This document shows positions 10,077 through 20,364 of a stretch of 64,000 bases of DNA, piece by piece. Position 1 is the first letter of the stretch, and the number at the start of each line of letters is the position of its first letter. A program made the position numbers and the translations under genes. The stretch spans positions 3,968,001-4,032,000 of the forward strand of contig CBDBDQ010000005.1 of NCBI GenBank assembly GCA_965203905.1, written 5' to 3'. Source of the DNA: Spirochaetia bacterium (GTDB taxonomy: Bacteria > Spirochaetota > Spirochaetia > SZUA-6 > Bin103). The notes beneath the pieces are model-generated. The model did no database searches. It saw only the letters and a list, made by a program, of their open reading frames with translations, and was not told the DNA's origin.

Positions 10077-10499
10077 TCAGTCCTGCTGCGGCAATTCGAA
10101 GTTGACCTGCCAGCGAATGCCGAACTTGTCGGTGAGCGAGCCGAAGTAGGCACCCCAGAACTGCTCCTGCATCGGCATCTCCACCGCGCCGTCCGCCGAC
10201 AGCTTGGCGAACAGCTCGTCGGCCTGCTCGCGGGTGTCGGGACTGAGCGAGAGCGAGAAGTTGTTGCCGGTGGCAATCTCGGGACCGAACCCCGCGCTGT
10301 CGCTGCCCATCAGCACGCCGGAGCCGATCGGCAGCGTCACGTGCATGATCAGGTCGCGCTTGTCTTCCGGCACCTCCATGTCGTCAGGGCCCTCGCCGAA
10401 GGTCGACATGAACAGAAACTCGCCGCCGAACACCGAGCGGTAGAACTCGAACGCGGCACGGCAGCTGTCCTTGAACGTGAGGTAGGTGTTGATCGTCAA
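10077..10499 (-). CDS. VOC family protein (PhnB-like)
   Basis: INTYLTF..AFEFYRSVFGG, MHVTL, FWGAYFGSLTDKFGIRW; TTG start with GGAGG RBS. Confidence 0.88.
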   Translation of the reverse strand: MTINTYLTFKDSCRAAFEFYRSVFGGEFLFMSTFGEGPDDMEVPEDKRDLIMHVTLPIGSGVLMGSDSAGFGPEIATGNNFSLSLSPDTREQADELFAKLSADGAVEMPMQEQFWGAYFGSLTDKFGIRWQVNFELPQQD

Positions 10500-10570
10500 G
10501 TGGGTATCCCTCCGCGCGGGAAGGTAACGGTGCCGCCGGCGCTCGGCAAGCCGGTGCCGGGGAGCGCCGG

Positions 10571-12280
10571 TCAGCGTTCTCCAGCGGCGCCTACCGGAGC
10601 GCACGGCCGCGTGGCACCGCTCGGACGGACGCACAGGGTGCGGTCGGCGACGAGGTCCGTCAGCTCGGTCACGCGGCCGTCGGGCCACTCGATGCGCACC
10701 CGCTCGGCCACGGGCTGAGTGCCGAGGCCGAAGTGGGCGGACAGCTCGGACGACCCGAGGTACGTGCAGCCGCCGTCGAGGTAGCGGTACTGGCGGGCGC
10801 CGCCGGCGGTGAGCTCGACGCGGGCACCGCGGCCGTTGGGCGCCAGACCCGGTGACTCAGTGGTGTCCAGGAACAGGCGCAGCCAGTGGGTGTCGGGGCC
10901 GGTCAGGTCGTTGCGGTAGAGGCTGATCGGCCCCAGGGCGTCGAAGATCACCAGGTCCTGGTCGCCGTCGTTGTCGTAGTCGAGATTGATCAGGCCGCGC
11001 CCCTGGCCGGCGTGGTCCAGGCCGGCGGCGCTGCCGACTTCGCTGAAGCCGAAGCGCCCGGCTGGCTGCAGGTCGTTGCGGAACAGGTAGGTGCGCTCGT
11101 GCTGCCACTCGTAGTGGCCGGCGCCGTTCAGGTCCGCCCAGCCGTTGGTGGTGACCAGGTCCTGGTCGCCGTCGTGGTCCAGGTCCACCGCTACCGCACC
11201 CCAGCCCCAGCCGCCGTCGTTGACCCCGACGGCACCGGAGAGCTCCTCGTAGCGATGTGCGCCGAGGTTGCGGTACAGCATGTTGCCGGTGCCGGGCACC
11301 GCGGGCGCGTCCCAGGGCACGTCGTAGCCGCCGGTGCCGTGCACCGACGTGACGTACCAGTCGAGGCGGCCGTCGTTGTCGAAGTCGCCGGTCACGTGGC
11401 CCATGCCGTTGGCGTCCAGGCCGGTTCCGGAGGCGGCGGTGGCGTCGACGAAGCTGCCGTCGCCCCGGTTCACGAAGTAGCGGCTGGTGAAGGCGTCGGC
11501 GGCCACCAGCAGCTCGGGATAGCGGTCGCCGTCCATGTCGGCGAAGCGCGGGGCGAAGCCGCGCACGCCCTGCAGCGCCAGCCCGGCGCGGTAGGTGGCG
11601 TTCTCGAAGCTGCCGTCGCCGTCGTTGCGGAACAGCAGGTTGCCGTAGGCGTCGGGCATCCACGCGGCCACGAACAGGTCCAGGTCGCCGTCCAGGTCGT
11701 AGTCGCCGAAGGCAGCGCCCATGCCGCTGGGGACCTCCGTCGAGGTGCGGCTGACGCGAGCCGCGCGCGCCACCTCGGTGAAGGTCGGAATGCCGGCGGG
11801 CCCCGGACCCAGGTTGCGGAACAGCAGGTGCTGCCCCGGCTCCGCCCGGTCGTGCTCCGCCGGGCCCAGGCTGGTGAGGAAGAGGTCGATCCAGCCGTCG
11901 CCGTCGTAGTCGCCGACCGCCACGCCGTGCCCGAGATGGGGGCGTCCCAGGCCGGCCGCGGCGGCGTGGTCGCTGAAGGTGCCGTCGCCGTTGTTCAGGT
12001 AGAGGCTGTCGGGCGCGCTGCCGCCGCTGACGAAGTACAGGTCCTGCCAGCCGTCGTTGTTGAAGTCGGCGGCGGCCCCGCCGGCGGTCATCGCCAGCAG
12101 CGTCTCCAGGGAGGGCCGGTGGCGCGCCGTGAGCCCCGCCGCCTGCGCCTGCTGCGAAAAGCGCAGTTCGGCGGCGGTATCGAGGCCCGGCACGAGCAAG
12201 GCGCCGAGACCGGCCGCCAGGAGCTGCAGGGCGCGGCGATGCACGGCAGCGCAGCATAACACCGGGCCGCGGTTGCACAA
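10571..12280 (-). CDS. CRTAC1-family protein (FG-GAP/VCBS repeats + ASPIC/UnbV domain), probably secreted
   Basis: About seven D[FY]DxDGxxDL repeats; C-terminal GARV..HFGLG..WPDG; start may be GTG 12244. Confidence 0.88.
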   Translation of the reverse strand: MCNRGPVLCCAAVHRRALQLLAAGLGALLVPGLDTAAELRFSQQAQAAGLTARHRPSLETLLAMTAGGAAADFNNDGWQDLYFVSGGSAPDSLYLNNGDGTFSDHAAAAGLGRPHLGHGVAVGDYDGDGWIDLFLTSLGPAEHDRAEPGQHLLFRNLGPGPAGIPTFTEVARAARVSRTSTEVPSGMGAAFGDYDLDGDLDLFVAAWMPDAYGNLLFRNDGDGSFENATYRAGLALQGVRGFAPRFADMDGDRYPELLVAADAFTSRYFVNRGDGSFVDATAASGTGLDANGMGHVTGDFDNDGRLDWYVTSVHGTGGYDVPWDAPAVPGTGNMLYRNLGAHRYEELSGAVGVNDGGWGWGAVAVDLDHDGDQDLVTTNGWADLNGAGHYEWQHERTYLFRNDLQPAGRFGFSEVGSAAGLDHAGQGRGLINLDYDNDGDQDLVIFDALGPISLYRNDLTGPDTHWLRLFLDTTESPGLAPNGRGARVELTAGGARQYRYLDGGCTYLGSSELSAHFGLGTQPVAERVRIEWPDGRVTELTDLVADRTLCVRPSGATRPCAPVGAAGER

Positions 12281-12311
12281 ATCGGTCGCGGGAGTAAGGT
12301 GCGTGTCAGCA

Positions 12312-13880
12312 ATGGCTTCCCGCTACGATGTGCTGGTGGTGGGCGCCGGCTCGGCGGGGGCGGTGCTGGCGGCGCGGCTCAGCGAGGACCCGCGCCGGGC
12401 GGTGCTGCTGCTTGAGGCCGGTCCCGACTACCCCGATCCGGAGACGATGCCCGCCGACCTGCGCTACGGCAACAACCCGTGGCGATCCGTATACGGACCA
12501 GAGGCCCATACCTGGGGGTACCGGGCACGCTCCAATCCGGCGCGGCCCGAGATCGAGCTGCCGCGCGGCAAGGTGGTGGGCGGATCGAGCGCGATCAACG
12601 GCCAGATCCTGCTGCGCGGGCTGCCGGAGGACTTCGACGCTTGGGCCGGGGCCGGGAACGACGCCTGGTCGTTCGCACGGGTGCTGCCCTTCTTCCGCAA
12701 GCTGGAGACCGATCTCGACTTCGGAGCCGACCCGGTACACGGCGCCCGCGGGCCGATCCCGGTGCGGCGCATCGCGGAGTCGGAGATGCTGCCGGCGATC
12801 CGGGCGTTCCAGGATGCCGCGGTCGGTGCCGGCTTCCCCGCCACGCGCGATCACAACCACCCGGATACGGCGACCGGGGTCGGGCCGCGGCCGATCAACA
12901 ACGTCGGTGGGCTGCGCATGAGCACCGCCGTGACCTACCTGCACCAGGCGCGCGGCCGCCCCAACCTGAACATCCGCGGCGGCGTGCCGGTGCGCCGCGT
13001 GCTGCTGGAGGGCGACCGGGCGCTGGGCGTGGAGGCGGAGAGCGACGGCCGGATCGAGACCATTCTCGCCGACCAGGTGATCGTCAGCGCCGGCGCGATC
13101 AACTCGCCCCAGCTCCTGATGCTGTCCGGGATCGGCCCGGAGCGCCATCTCCGCGAGCAGGGCATTCGCCCGTTGCGCCACCTGCCGGGGGTAGGCCGCA
13201 ACCTGCGCGATCATCCGGCGGTGGCGCTGATGTACCGCATCGACCCGGTCGCCGACGAGGAGCGCATCGTGCCGATGCAGTCGGGCCTGATCTGCACCAC
13301 GCGCGGCTCCCGGTTTCGCAACGACATGCAGATCAACCCGATGCTGTACCACAGCGAGCACCGCCCGCCACACCTGCGCCTCGACCCCGGCGCCGGCTAT
13401 CTCGGCTTCAACGTGGCGCTGCAGAAGCCGCTGTCCTGCGGCTGGATCGAACTCGCGGCTGCCGATCCACACCAACCTCCGCGCGTCGACTTTGGCCACC
13501 TGCAGCACCCTCGCGACCGGGAGCGGCTGCGCGTCGGCGTGCGTATGGCGGTGGAGCTCGCAGCACGGCCGGAGTGCGCGCGCTTCCTGCACCGGAGGAT
13601 CCTGCCCTCAACCGCCGATCTCGCCTCTGATGCCGCGCTCGACGCGTGGATCCTGGCCAACGTCGCCACCCAGCACCACGCCTGCGGCACCTGCAGGATG
13701 GGGCCCGCCGACGACCCCGGGGCGGTGGTAGATCAGACCTGCCGCGTGCACGGCATCGCCGGCCTGCGGGTGGTCGACGCCTCGGTCATGCCGGACGTGA
13801 CGCGCAACAACATCAACTCGACCGTCATGATGATCGGAGAACGGGTTGCTGCTATGATGGCCGCCGAGGGTGAGGCATGA
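12312..13880 (+). CDS. GMC family oxidoreductase (choline dehydrogenase-like)
   Basis: VGAGSAG, RGKVVGGSSAING, GVGRNLRDH, HACGTCRMG, LRVVDASVMP. Confidence 0.92.
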   Translation: MASRYDVLVVGAGSAGAVLAARLSEDPRRAVLLLEAGPDYPDPETMPADLRYGNNPWRSVYGPEAHTWGYRARSNPARPEIELPRGKVVGGSSAINGQILLRGLPEDFDAWAGAGNDAWSFARVLPFFRKLETDLDFGADPVHGARGPIPVRRIAESEMLPAIRAFQDAAVGAGFPATRDHNHPDTATGVGPRPINNVGGLRMSTAVTYLHQARGRPNLNIRGGVPVRRVLLEGDRALGVEAESDGRIETILADQVIVSAGAINSPQLLMLSGIGPERHLREQGIRPLRHLPGVGRNLRDHPAVALMYRIDPVADEERIVPMQSGLICTTRGSRFRNDMQINPMLYHSEHRPPHLRLDPGAGYLGFNVALQKPLSCGWIELAAADPHQPPRVDFGHLQHPRDRERLRVGVRMAVELAARPECARFLHRRILPSTADLASDAALDAWILANVATQHHACGTCRMGPADDPGAVVDQTCRVHGIAGLRVVDASVMPDVTRNNINSTVMMIGERVAAMMAAEGEA

Positions 13881-14863
13881 GTGACTGCGGACTGAGCGCC
13901 GCCCAATTGGAGCAATTCGACGAGCAGGGGTACCTGCTGGTACCGGGGATGCTGGAACCGGTCGAGGATCTCGACCCGATCCTCGACGAGTACGACGGCG
14001 TGCTCGATCGGCTGGCGCACACGCTGTACGCGCAGGGCAAGGTTGCCTCTCCCTACCCGGAGTTGCCGTTCGGAGAGCGCGTGTCGCGGATGTACGAGGA
14101 GTCGGGCGAGATGCTCAACCACTGGTTCGACTTCCACCTGCCGCAGCGCCACGTCACCCACGACACCCCGCTGTGGGTGGGCCCCGCCGTGTTCCGAACG
14201 CTGGTCAACCCGAGGCTGCTGGACGCGGTGGAGTCGGTGATCGGCGGCGAGATCTACTCGAATCCGGTGCAGCACGTGCGCATCAAGCCCCCGGAACGGC
14301 GCATGGGCCGGCAGCGGGATGGACGCCCGGTGTACGGGGCCACCGTCTGGCACCAGGACAACGGCGTGATCCAGTCGGACGGGGACGGCTCCGACATTCT
14401 TACCGTGTGGTTCCCGATCACCGACGCGCTGGTCCAGCACGGCTGCCTGCACGTGGTGCCGGGCAGCCACCGCCACGGAATCTACACCCACTGTCCCATG
14501 GAGAAGGGCTCCAACGAGGTGAAGATTCCCGATCACCTGTTCCCGATCGAACGCGCGTTGCCGCTGCCGATGCGGCGTGGCGACGTGCTGTTCCTGCACA
14601 AGCGCACCTGCCACGGCTCGCTGAGCAACGTCAGCGACGAGGTGCGTATCAGCTTCGACCTGCGCTACAACCCGGTCGGGCAGAGGACCGGCCGGGAGGT
14701 GTTCCCCGGATTCGTGGCGCGCAGCCGCAGCAACCCCGCCAGCGAGTTGCGCGATCCCGAGGCGTGGGCCGAGTTGTGGTACGCCACCCGGCGCCACATG
14801 GCCGACGCCAACGTCGACGTATCGTTCAACCGCTGGGACCCCGACGCCGCCGGCTGCGCCTGA
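13877..14863 (+). CDS. Phytanoyl-CoA dioxygenase (PhyH) family protein
   Basis: WHQD, GCLHVVPGSH, HGS..N...R.SFD.RY; ATGA overlap with the GMC gene. Confidence 0.9.
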   Translation: MSDCGLSAAQLEQFDEQGYLLVPGMLEPVEDLDPILDEYDGVLDRLAHTLYAQGKVASPYPELPFGERVSRMYEESGEMLNHWFDFHLPQRHVTHDTPLWVGPAVFRTLVNPRLLDAVESVIGGEIYSNPVQHVRIKPPERRMGRQRDGRPVYGATVWHQDNGVIQSDGDGSDILTVWFPITDALVQHGCLHVVPGSHRHGIYTHCPMEKGSNEVKIPDHLFPIERALPLPMRRGDVLFLHKRTCHGSLSNVSDEVRISFDLRYNPVGQRTGREVFPGFVARSRSNPASELRDPEAWAELWYATRRHMADANVDVSFNRWDPDAAGCA

Positions 14864-14870
14864 ACGCCGG

Positions 14871-16244
14871 TCAGCCCGACCGGCGCGGGTCGCCACGCCG
14901 CTGGCTGCGCACCCACGCCGCCGGATCGTCGTCCCAGTCGTGCCCGGAGTCGGCAATCGGGCCGAGCGCCGCTTCGATGTCGTCCGAGCGCCCGAGCGTG
15001 GCCGCCAGTGCCGCGAGGTCGGGGGGAATGCGGGGCGTCTCGGGAAGTTCCGCCAGCGCGTCCGCGACCTGGTTCTTGCCCGACCCGGTGCCGATGCCGA
15101 CCACCACTTGGTCCTTGAGAGAAGGGCCGCGGGCGTCCGCCTCGCGGGTGTCCAGCTCTTCCAGCCTTCCGCTGATAAGGCAGGCCGCCGAGGCCGCCGC
15201 CGCCGGCTGCAGGAACAGGCCCTCGCGTCGCGCCAGCGCGCGTGCGGCGGCGAAGCTGTCGGCGTCCGAGACCTCCCATCCGCGGCCGCCGGTGCGGCGC
15301 ATGATCGCGACCACCTGGTCGCCGGCACGCGGGAACGGATGGGTCATGCCGGTGGCGCGGGAGGTGGAACGACCCCAGTGACGGACCGGTTCGTTCCGTT
15401 CCCAGGCGTGCACGATCGGAGCGCAGCCGGTGGACTGCACCACGTCCAACGCCGGAGTGCGGTCGATCCACCCGAGTGCACTGAGCTGGCTGAAGCCCAG
15501 CTCCAGCGCCAGCACGTTGGTGCCGCCGCCGGTGGGGATCAGGATCCGGTCGGGGACACGCCAGCCGAGCGCCTCGGCGATCTCGAACGCCAGCGTCTTC
15601 TTGCCCTCGATGCGGTACAGGTTGTAGGGCTGCGTGGCGTGGAACCAGCCGTAGCGGTCGGCCGCCTGCTGCGCCAGCCGCGTGCCCTCCACCATGTCGC
15701 CGTCCACCACCAGCGCGCGGGTGCCAAATATCTGGTTCTGCAGCAGGTGGCCCGGTACGGTCTCCGGGCGCATCAGGGCGGTGAGCTGGAGCCCGGCCCG
15801 GGCACAGTAGGTGCTCAGGGCCGCCGACGCGTTGCCGGAGGAGGCGATGACCAGCCGCTCGATACCCACCTCCAGGCACTTGCTGACGGTGACGCTGGCG
15901 CCGCGGTCCTTGAACGAACCGCTGGGATTGCGCGACTCGTCCTTGATCAGAAAGCCGGGACAGCCGAATTCCGGGCCCAGCCGCTGCAGCGGCAGCAACG
16001 GCGTGTCGCCCTCCTGCAAGGACACTACGTGGCGCTCGTCGTGTACCGGCAGCAGGCAGCTCCAACGCCACATGCCGCGCGGCCGCGCCGCGAGCGCGTC
16101 GCGATCCACCTCGGCGCGCACCTTGTCCAGGTCGTATTCCGCCTGCAGGAAGCCGCCGCAGGCCGGACACAGCGGATCGCGCGTGCGGTCGCTGGTGGGT
16201 GCCCCGCAGCTCACGCAGCGCAGGCCGACCAGGTAACTCGTCAT
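14871..16244 (-). CDS. Threonine synthase-like PLP enzyme
   Basis: CxxC...CxxC N-terminus, EGDTPL, NPSGSFKDRG, ASSGNAS, EGKKTLAFEI. Confidence 0.88.
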   Translation of the reverse strand: MTSYLVGLRCVSCGAPTSDRTRDPLCPACGGFLQAEYDLDKVRAEVDRDALAARPRGMWRWSCLLPVHDERHVVSLQEGDTPLLPLQRLGPEFGCPGFLIKDESRNPSGSFKDRGASVTVSKCLEVGIERLVIASSGNASAALSTYCARAGLQLTALMRPETVPGHLLQNQIFGTRALVVDGDMVEGTRLAQQAADRYGWFHATQPYNLYRIEGKKTLAFEIAEALGWRVPDRILIPTGGGTNVLALELGFSQLSALGWIDRTPALDVVQSTGCAPIVHAWERNEPVRHWGRSTSRATGMTHPFPRAGDQVVAIMRRTGGRGWEVSDADSFAAARALARREGLFLQPAAAASAACLISGRLEELDTREADARGPSLKDQVVVGIGTGSGKNQVADALAELPETPRIPPDLAALAATLGRSDDIEAALGPIADSGHDWDDDPAAWVRSQRRGDPRRSG

Positions 16245-18199
16245 CCGTCGGTGTCCCCGTCGCCCTCGGCGGAACGGTGCATCGATCCACTGCAGGTCGC
16301 CGCTGACCGCGCCTGGCCGGTTGCTGCGCCGCCCTCCGCTGCCGGCCGCGCCTCGGCACCCCCTGACGGTGACCGGTTCGGAGCGTCCGCGGACCGCGGA
16401 GGCGTGGGTGTCGCGCCGGCCTTCCTACCGGCCTCGGCACCGTCGCGACCGGAGCGGCTGCGCGTCGCCTCATCGCGCAGGCGCGCGGTAGCCGCTGCGT
16501 CGACCGCGCCGCCATCCGGATCGATCACCACCCCGTACAGTTCTCGCGCCGCGCGTAGCGAGACCTTCTCGTCGCGTACGTCGCGCCGCACCAGGTCCGG
16601 ATCACGGGTCAGGGGATCGCCGAAGCCGCCGCCGCCGGCGGCGGCCCAATGGAAGCGGTCGCCCGCCGCCAGCGGGTGCGACGTCACCTTGGAATGCAAC
16701 TCCTGTTCGTGGCGACTTCCGGGGTTGAGTGCGAACTCCGCCGGCTTGCCCGGCAATCCCCCGAAAAAACCGCCGGGGGGGAAGCGGGCGCGGTCGCACT
16801 GCACGGTGAGCAGCGCCTCGTCGGCGCCGTTGCGGAAGTCGCGCGCGATCGCCAGGCCGCCGCGGAAGCGGCCCGCACCGCCGGAGTCGGTCACGAACTC
16901 GTAGCGTTCGAACAGCACCGGGTGGCGCACCTCGATCGCCTCGAGCGGGGAGTTGGCGCTGTTGGAGGGGCCCGAGGTGCAGCCGTCCAGGCCGTCCTTG
17001 TTGTGGCGCGCGCCCCAGCTCGCATGGTTGCCGTCGAAGAACACGAAGTAGCGCCCGCTGTCGGGCTCGCGTCCGGTGAGCCCGAGATTCGGGGCACAGC
17101 CGTAGGAAGGGGTCACCACGCGTTGCGGGGCCACCTCGCGCAGCGCGCGAAACAGGGTGTCCACCACTCGCTGGCACACGATCATGCGGCTGTTGCACGC
17201 CGCCGGCGGCAGCGGGTTGACCAGGGTGCCGGCGGGCAGCACCACCCGCACCGGCCGGTAGCAGCCCTCGTTCATCATGATGTCGGCGTCGCACAGCGCG
17301 CGCACCGCGTAGTACACGGCGGAGCGGGTGGCCGCCGCCACCGCGTTGACCGAGCCGGGGCGCTGCCGGTCGGAACCGGTGAAGTCCGCCGTGAAGTCGC
17401 TGCCGCGAATCTCTACTCGCGCCCGCACCCGCGCCGGTTCGGTGGTCACGCCGTCGTCGTCGATGAATTCCTCCGCCTCGTAACTGCCGTCCGGCAGCGC
17501 GGCCAGGTTGCGCCGGATGCGGCGCTCGGAGTAGTCGATGAGCTGCTCGATGCCCGCCAACAGCGTGTCCGGGCCGTAGCGCGCCACCAGTTCCTCGAAC
17601 CGGCGCGCGCCGAGCTGCACCGCCGCCACCTGCGCCCGCAGATCGCCGAGCACCACGTCGGAGGTGCGCACGTTGGCGCGGATCAGGTCCATTACGGGCG
17701 CTATCGGTTGCCCCGCCTGGTACAGCTTGATCGGGGGGATGCGCAGCCCTTCGTGGAAGATCTCGCGCCCGCTGTTGGCCAGGCCGCCGGCGGCCACGCC
17801 GCCGATGTCGACGTGGTGCGCCAACGCCGCGGTGAAGGCCACCAGCGCGCCGTCGTGGAACACCGGCATCGAGAGCTGCACGTCCGGCAGGTGCTGGCCG
17901 CCGCTGTAAGGGTCGTTGGAGATGAAGATATCGCCCGGCGCGATGCGGTCGCGCGGAAAGCGTTCGAGGGTGGACTTGAGCAGCGGCCCGATCGAATTGA
18001 GGTGGATCGGAATGCGCGCCGCCTGGGCCACCACCCGGCCCTCCGCGTCGCACACGCAGGAGGAGAAATCGGCGCGCTCGCGGACGTTGAGCGAGTAGGC
18101 GGTGCGGCGCAGCACCGCGGCGGTCTCCTCGGCGATCGAGGTGAGAATGTTCTTGAGCACCTCCAGGGTGATCGGATCCACCTGCCGCGACTCATCCAT
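16241..18199 (-). CDS. Hydantoinase B / 5-oxoprolinase family protein
   Basis: DPITLEV, NDPYSGGQHLPD, HHVDIGG, DSGGAGRFRGG, GGGGFGDP. Confidence 0.92.
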   Translation of the reverse strand: MDESRQVDPITLEVLKNILTSIAEETAAVLRRTAYSLNVRERADFSSCVCDAEGRVVAQAARIPIHLNSIGPLLKSTLERFPRDRIAPGDIFISNDPYSGGQHLPDVQLSMPVFHDGALVAFTAALAHHVDIGGVAAGGLANSGREIFHEGLRIPPIKLYQAGQPIAPVMDLIRANVRTSDVVLGDLRAQVAAVQLGARRFEELVARYGPDTLLAGIEQLIDYSERRIRRNLAALPDGSYEAEEFIDDDGVTTEPARVRARVEIRGSDFTADFTGSDRQRPGSVNAVAAATRSAVYYAVRALCDADIMMNEGCYRPVRVVLPAGTLVNPLPPAACNSRMIVCQRVVDTLFRALREVAPQRVVTPSYGCAPNLGLTGREPDSGRYFVFFDGNHASWGARHNKDGLDGCTSGPSNSANSPLEAIEVRHPVLFERYEFVTDSGGAGRFRGGLAIARDFRNGADEALLTVQCDRARFPPGGFFGGLPGKPAEFALNPGSRHEQELHSKVTSHPLAAGDRFHWAAAGGGGFGDPLTRDPDLVRRDVRDEKVSLRAARELYGVVIDPDGGAVDAAATARLRDEATRSRSGRDGAEAGRKAGATPTPPRSADAPNRSPSGGAEARPAAEGGAATGQARSAATCSGSMHRSAEGDGDTDG

Positions 18200-20309
18200 G
18201 AGCCGTCTCCTTCGCCGCTGCCGATCGCGGCGCCGGGGTGATTACCAGGTTGCCGAAACGGTCCACGGCGGCCTCCTGGCCGGGGTAGACGATGGTGGTG
18301 GTGTCGTCCTGCTCCACCACCGCCGGTCCCGGCAGGCGCATCCCGCGGCGCAGCTCGCGGCGCCGGAACAGAGGGCAGCTCCGGAACTCCGCCTCGCCCT
18401 CGAACAGCAGTGCCCGGCTGGCCTGCTCCCGTGGCGACGCAGCGTCGCCGCCGGCGGCCGCAGCCCCCGTCTCCGGCAGCCGCGGCTTTCTTATGGCGCC
18501 GATGCCGAGCACGCGCAGATTGACGATCTCGGTAGGCTCGTCGTACGCGGCGTGGGTGTACAGCCGTTCGTGCAGCCGGTGGAAGTCGCGCACCGCATCC
18601 TCCAGGGAGCCCGCGGCGAACCGCTCACCCGCCACCGGCACCGTGACCTCGTGGCCCTGCCCGCGGTAGCGCATGTCCAGGGCGCGCACCGTCCTCTGTC
18701 CGCCGCCGTCGATTCCCTGGTCGGCGAGCCAGGCTCGCGCCTGCCGCTCCAGGTCCGCGAAACCGCGTTCCAGCTCGCCCGCGTCCACCACATCGGCGGC
18801 GCGCAGCACGCTCCGCACGTAGTCGGTGCGGGCGTCCGCCACCAGCAGGCCCAGCGCCGACAGCACGCCGGGCTGCGGCGGCACGATCACCCGCGGGATG
18901 TTCAGCTCCAGCGCCAGGCGGCCGGCGTGCAGCGGTCCGGCACCGCCGAACGCGATCAGGGCGAACTCGCGCAGGTCGTGTCCGCGGTCCACCGAGATCA
19001 CCCGGATCGCCCGGATCATGTTGGCGTTGGCCACCCGCACGATGCCCAGCGCGACCGGCAGCGGCTGCATCCCCAGCCTGCTTCCCAGCCGCTCGATGCT
19101 GCGCCGCGCCGCGGCGGCGTCGAGCGCGATGCTGCCGCCCAGCGCGTGCTCCGGGTCGAGCCGCCCCAGCACCAGGTTGGCATCGGTCACCGTGGGCTCG
19201 GTGCCGCCGCGGCCGTAGCACACCGGTCCCGGCACCGCGCCGGCACTGCGCGGTCCCACCCTGAGAATGCCCCCCGGGTCGAGCCAGGCGATGCTGCCGC
19301 CGCCCGCGCCGATGTAGTTGAGACCGAGCATCGGAATCGACAGCGGGTAGCCGCCGAGGCTGCCGCCCGAGGTTATCTCCGGCTCGCCGGCGCGGATCAG
19401 GCTGACGTCGGTGCTGGTGCCGCCCATGTCCAGCGTCACCACGTCGTCCAGCCCGGCGTGGCGGGCGACCCAGGCGCCGCCGAGGACGCCGCCGACCGGT
19501 CCCGACACCGCCGTGTGGACGCAACGCCGGCGCGCCGCCGCGCTGCCCATCACCCCGCCCATGCCCTGCATCACGTGCAGCGGCGCGCGGAATCCGGCCT
19601 CCCGCAGGCGTCGCTCCATCTTCCCCAGGTAGCGGTCCAGGATCGGCATCACCGCGGCGTTCAGCACCGTGCTGCTGACGCGCTCGTACTCCCGGTACTG
19701 CGGCAGCACCTCCGACGACAGGCAGACCGCCAGCTCCGGGTGGTGGCGCGCGCAGTACTCCGCCACCAGCCGCTCGTGCGTCGGGTTGGCATAGGCGTGC
19801 AGGAAGCACACTGCGACCACTTCCACGCGGTGCCGGCGCAGCTCGGCGACCGCGGCCGCCACGCTCGCCTCCTGCAACGGCGTCAGCACCTTGCCGGCGG
19901 CGTCGATCCGCTCCGCCACCCCCAACCGCAGGAAGCGCGGCACCAGCGGTGGCGGCTTGTCGAACTGGGTATCGTAGAGCGCCGCCTCGGGATTGCCCGA
20001 CTCCGGCACCCGCGTCAGCCTGCCGATCTCCAGCACGTCGCGGAACCCCGCCGTGGTGAGCAGTCCCACCTGCGCCGTGGTGCCCTCCAGGATGGCGTTG
20101 AGGGCCACCGTGCTGCCGTGCGCGAGGTAGCGCACCGCCGCCGGCGCCACCCCGGCCGCGCGCGTGAGGCGGCGCAGGCCGTGCAGCGCGCCGTCCGCCG
20201 GCTCCCGCGGGGTGGACGGCACCTTGACGGTGTGCGCCGCGCCGCCGACGTCGTCCACCAGGATCAGGTCGGTGAAGGTGCCGCCGATGTCGTAGCCCAG
20301 CCGGTACAT
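18192..20309 (-). CDS. Hydantoinase A / 5-oxoprolinase family protein
   Basis: DIGGTFTD, SGPVGG, DMGGTSTD, GAGGGSIA, TVTDAN. Confidence 0.93.
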   Translation of the reverse strand: MYRLGYDIGGTFTDLILVDDVGGAAHTVKVPSTPREPADGALHGLRRLTRAAGVAPAAVRYLAHGSTVALNAILEGTTAQVGLLTTAGFRDVLEIGRLTRVPESGNPEAALYDTQFDKPPPLVPRFLRLGVAERIDAAGKVLTPLQEASVAAAVAELRRHRVEVVAVCFLHAYANPTHERLVAEYCARHHPELAVCLSSEVLPQYREYERVSSTVLNAAVMPILDRYLGKMERRLREAGFRAPLHVMQGMGGVMGSAAARRRCVHTAVSGPVGGVLGGAWVARHAGLDDVVTLDMGGTSTDVSLIRAGEPEITSGGSLGGYPLSIPMLGLNYIGAGGGSIAWLDPGGILRVGPRSAGAVPGPVCYGRGGTEPTVTDANLVLGRLDPEHALGGSIALDAAAARRSIERLGSRLGMQPLPVALGIVRVANANMIRAIRVISVDRGHDLREFALIAFGGAGPLHAGRLALELNIPRVIVPPQPGVLSALGLLVADARTDYVRSVLRAADVVDAGELERGFADLERQARAWLADQGIDGGGQRTVRALDMRYRGQGHEVTVPVAGERFAAGSLEDAVRDFHRLHERLYTHAAYDEPTEIVNLRVLGIGAIRKPRLPETGAAAAGGDAASPREQASRALLFEGEAEFRSCPLFRRRELRRGMRLPGPAVVEQDDTTTIVYPGQEAAVDRFGNLVITPAPRSAAAKETAHG

Positions 20310-20364
20310 GTCAACCGGCGCCGATCATAGCGTTTCGGCGCCGATAGATGGTACCAATTACGCG

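Noticed and set aside
16245-16460. Low-complexity C-terminal tail of hydantoinase B (and the N-terminal tail of DppD)
   Set aside because: No recognisable repeat element; likely stop/start drift in GC-rich DNA
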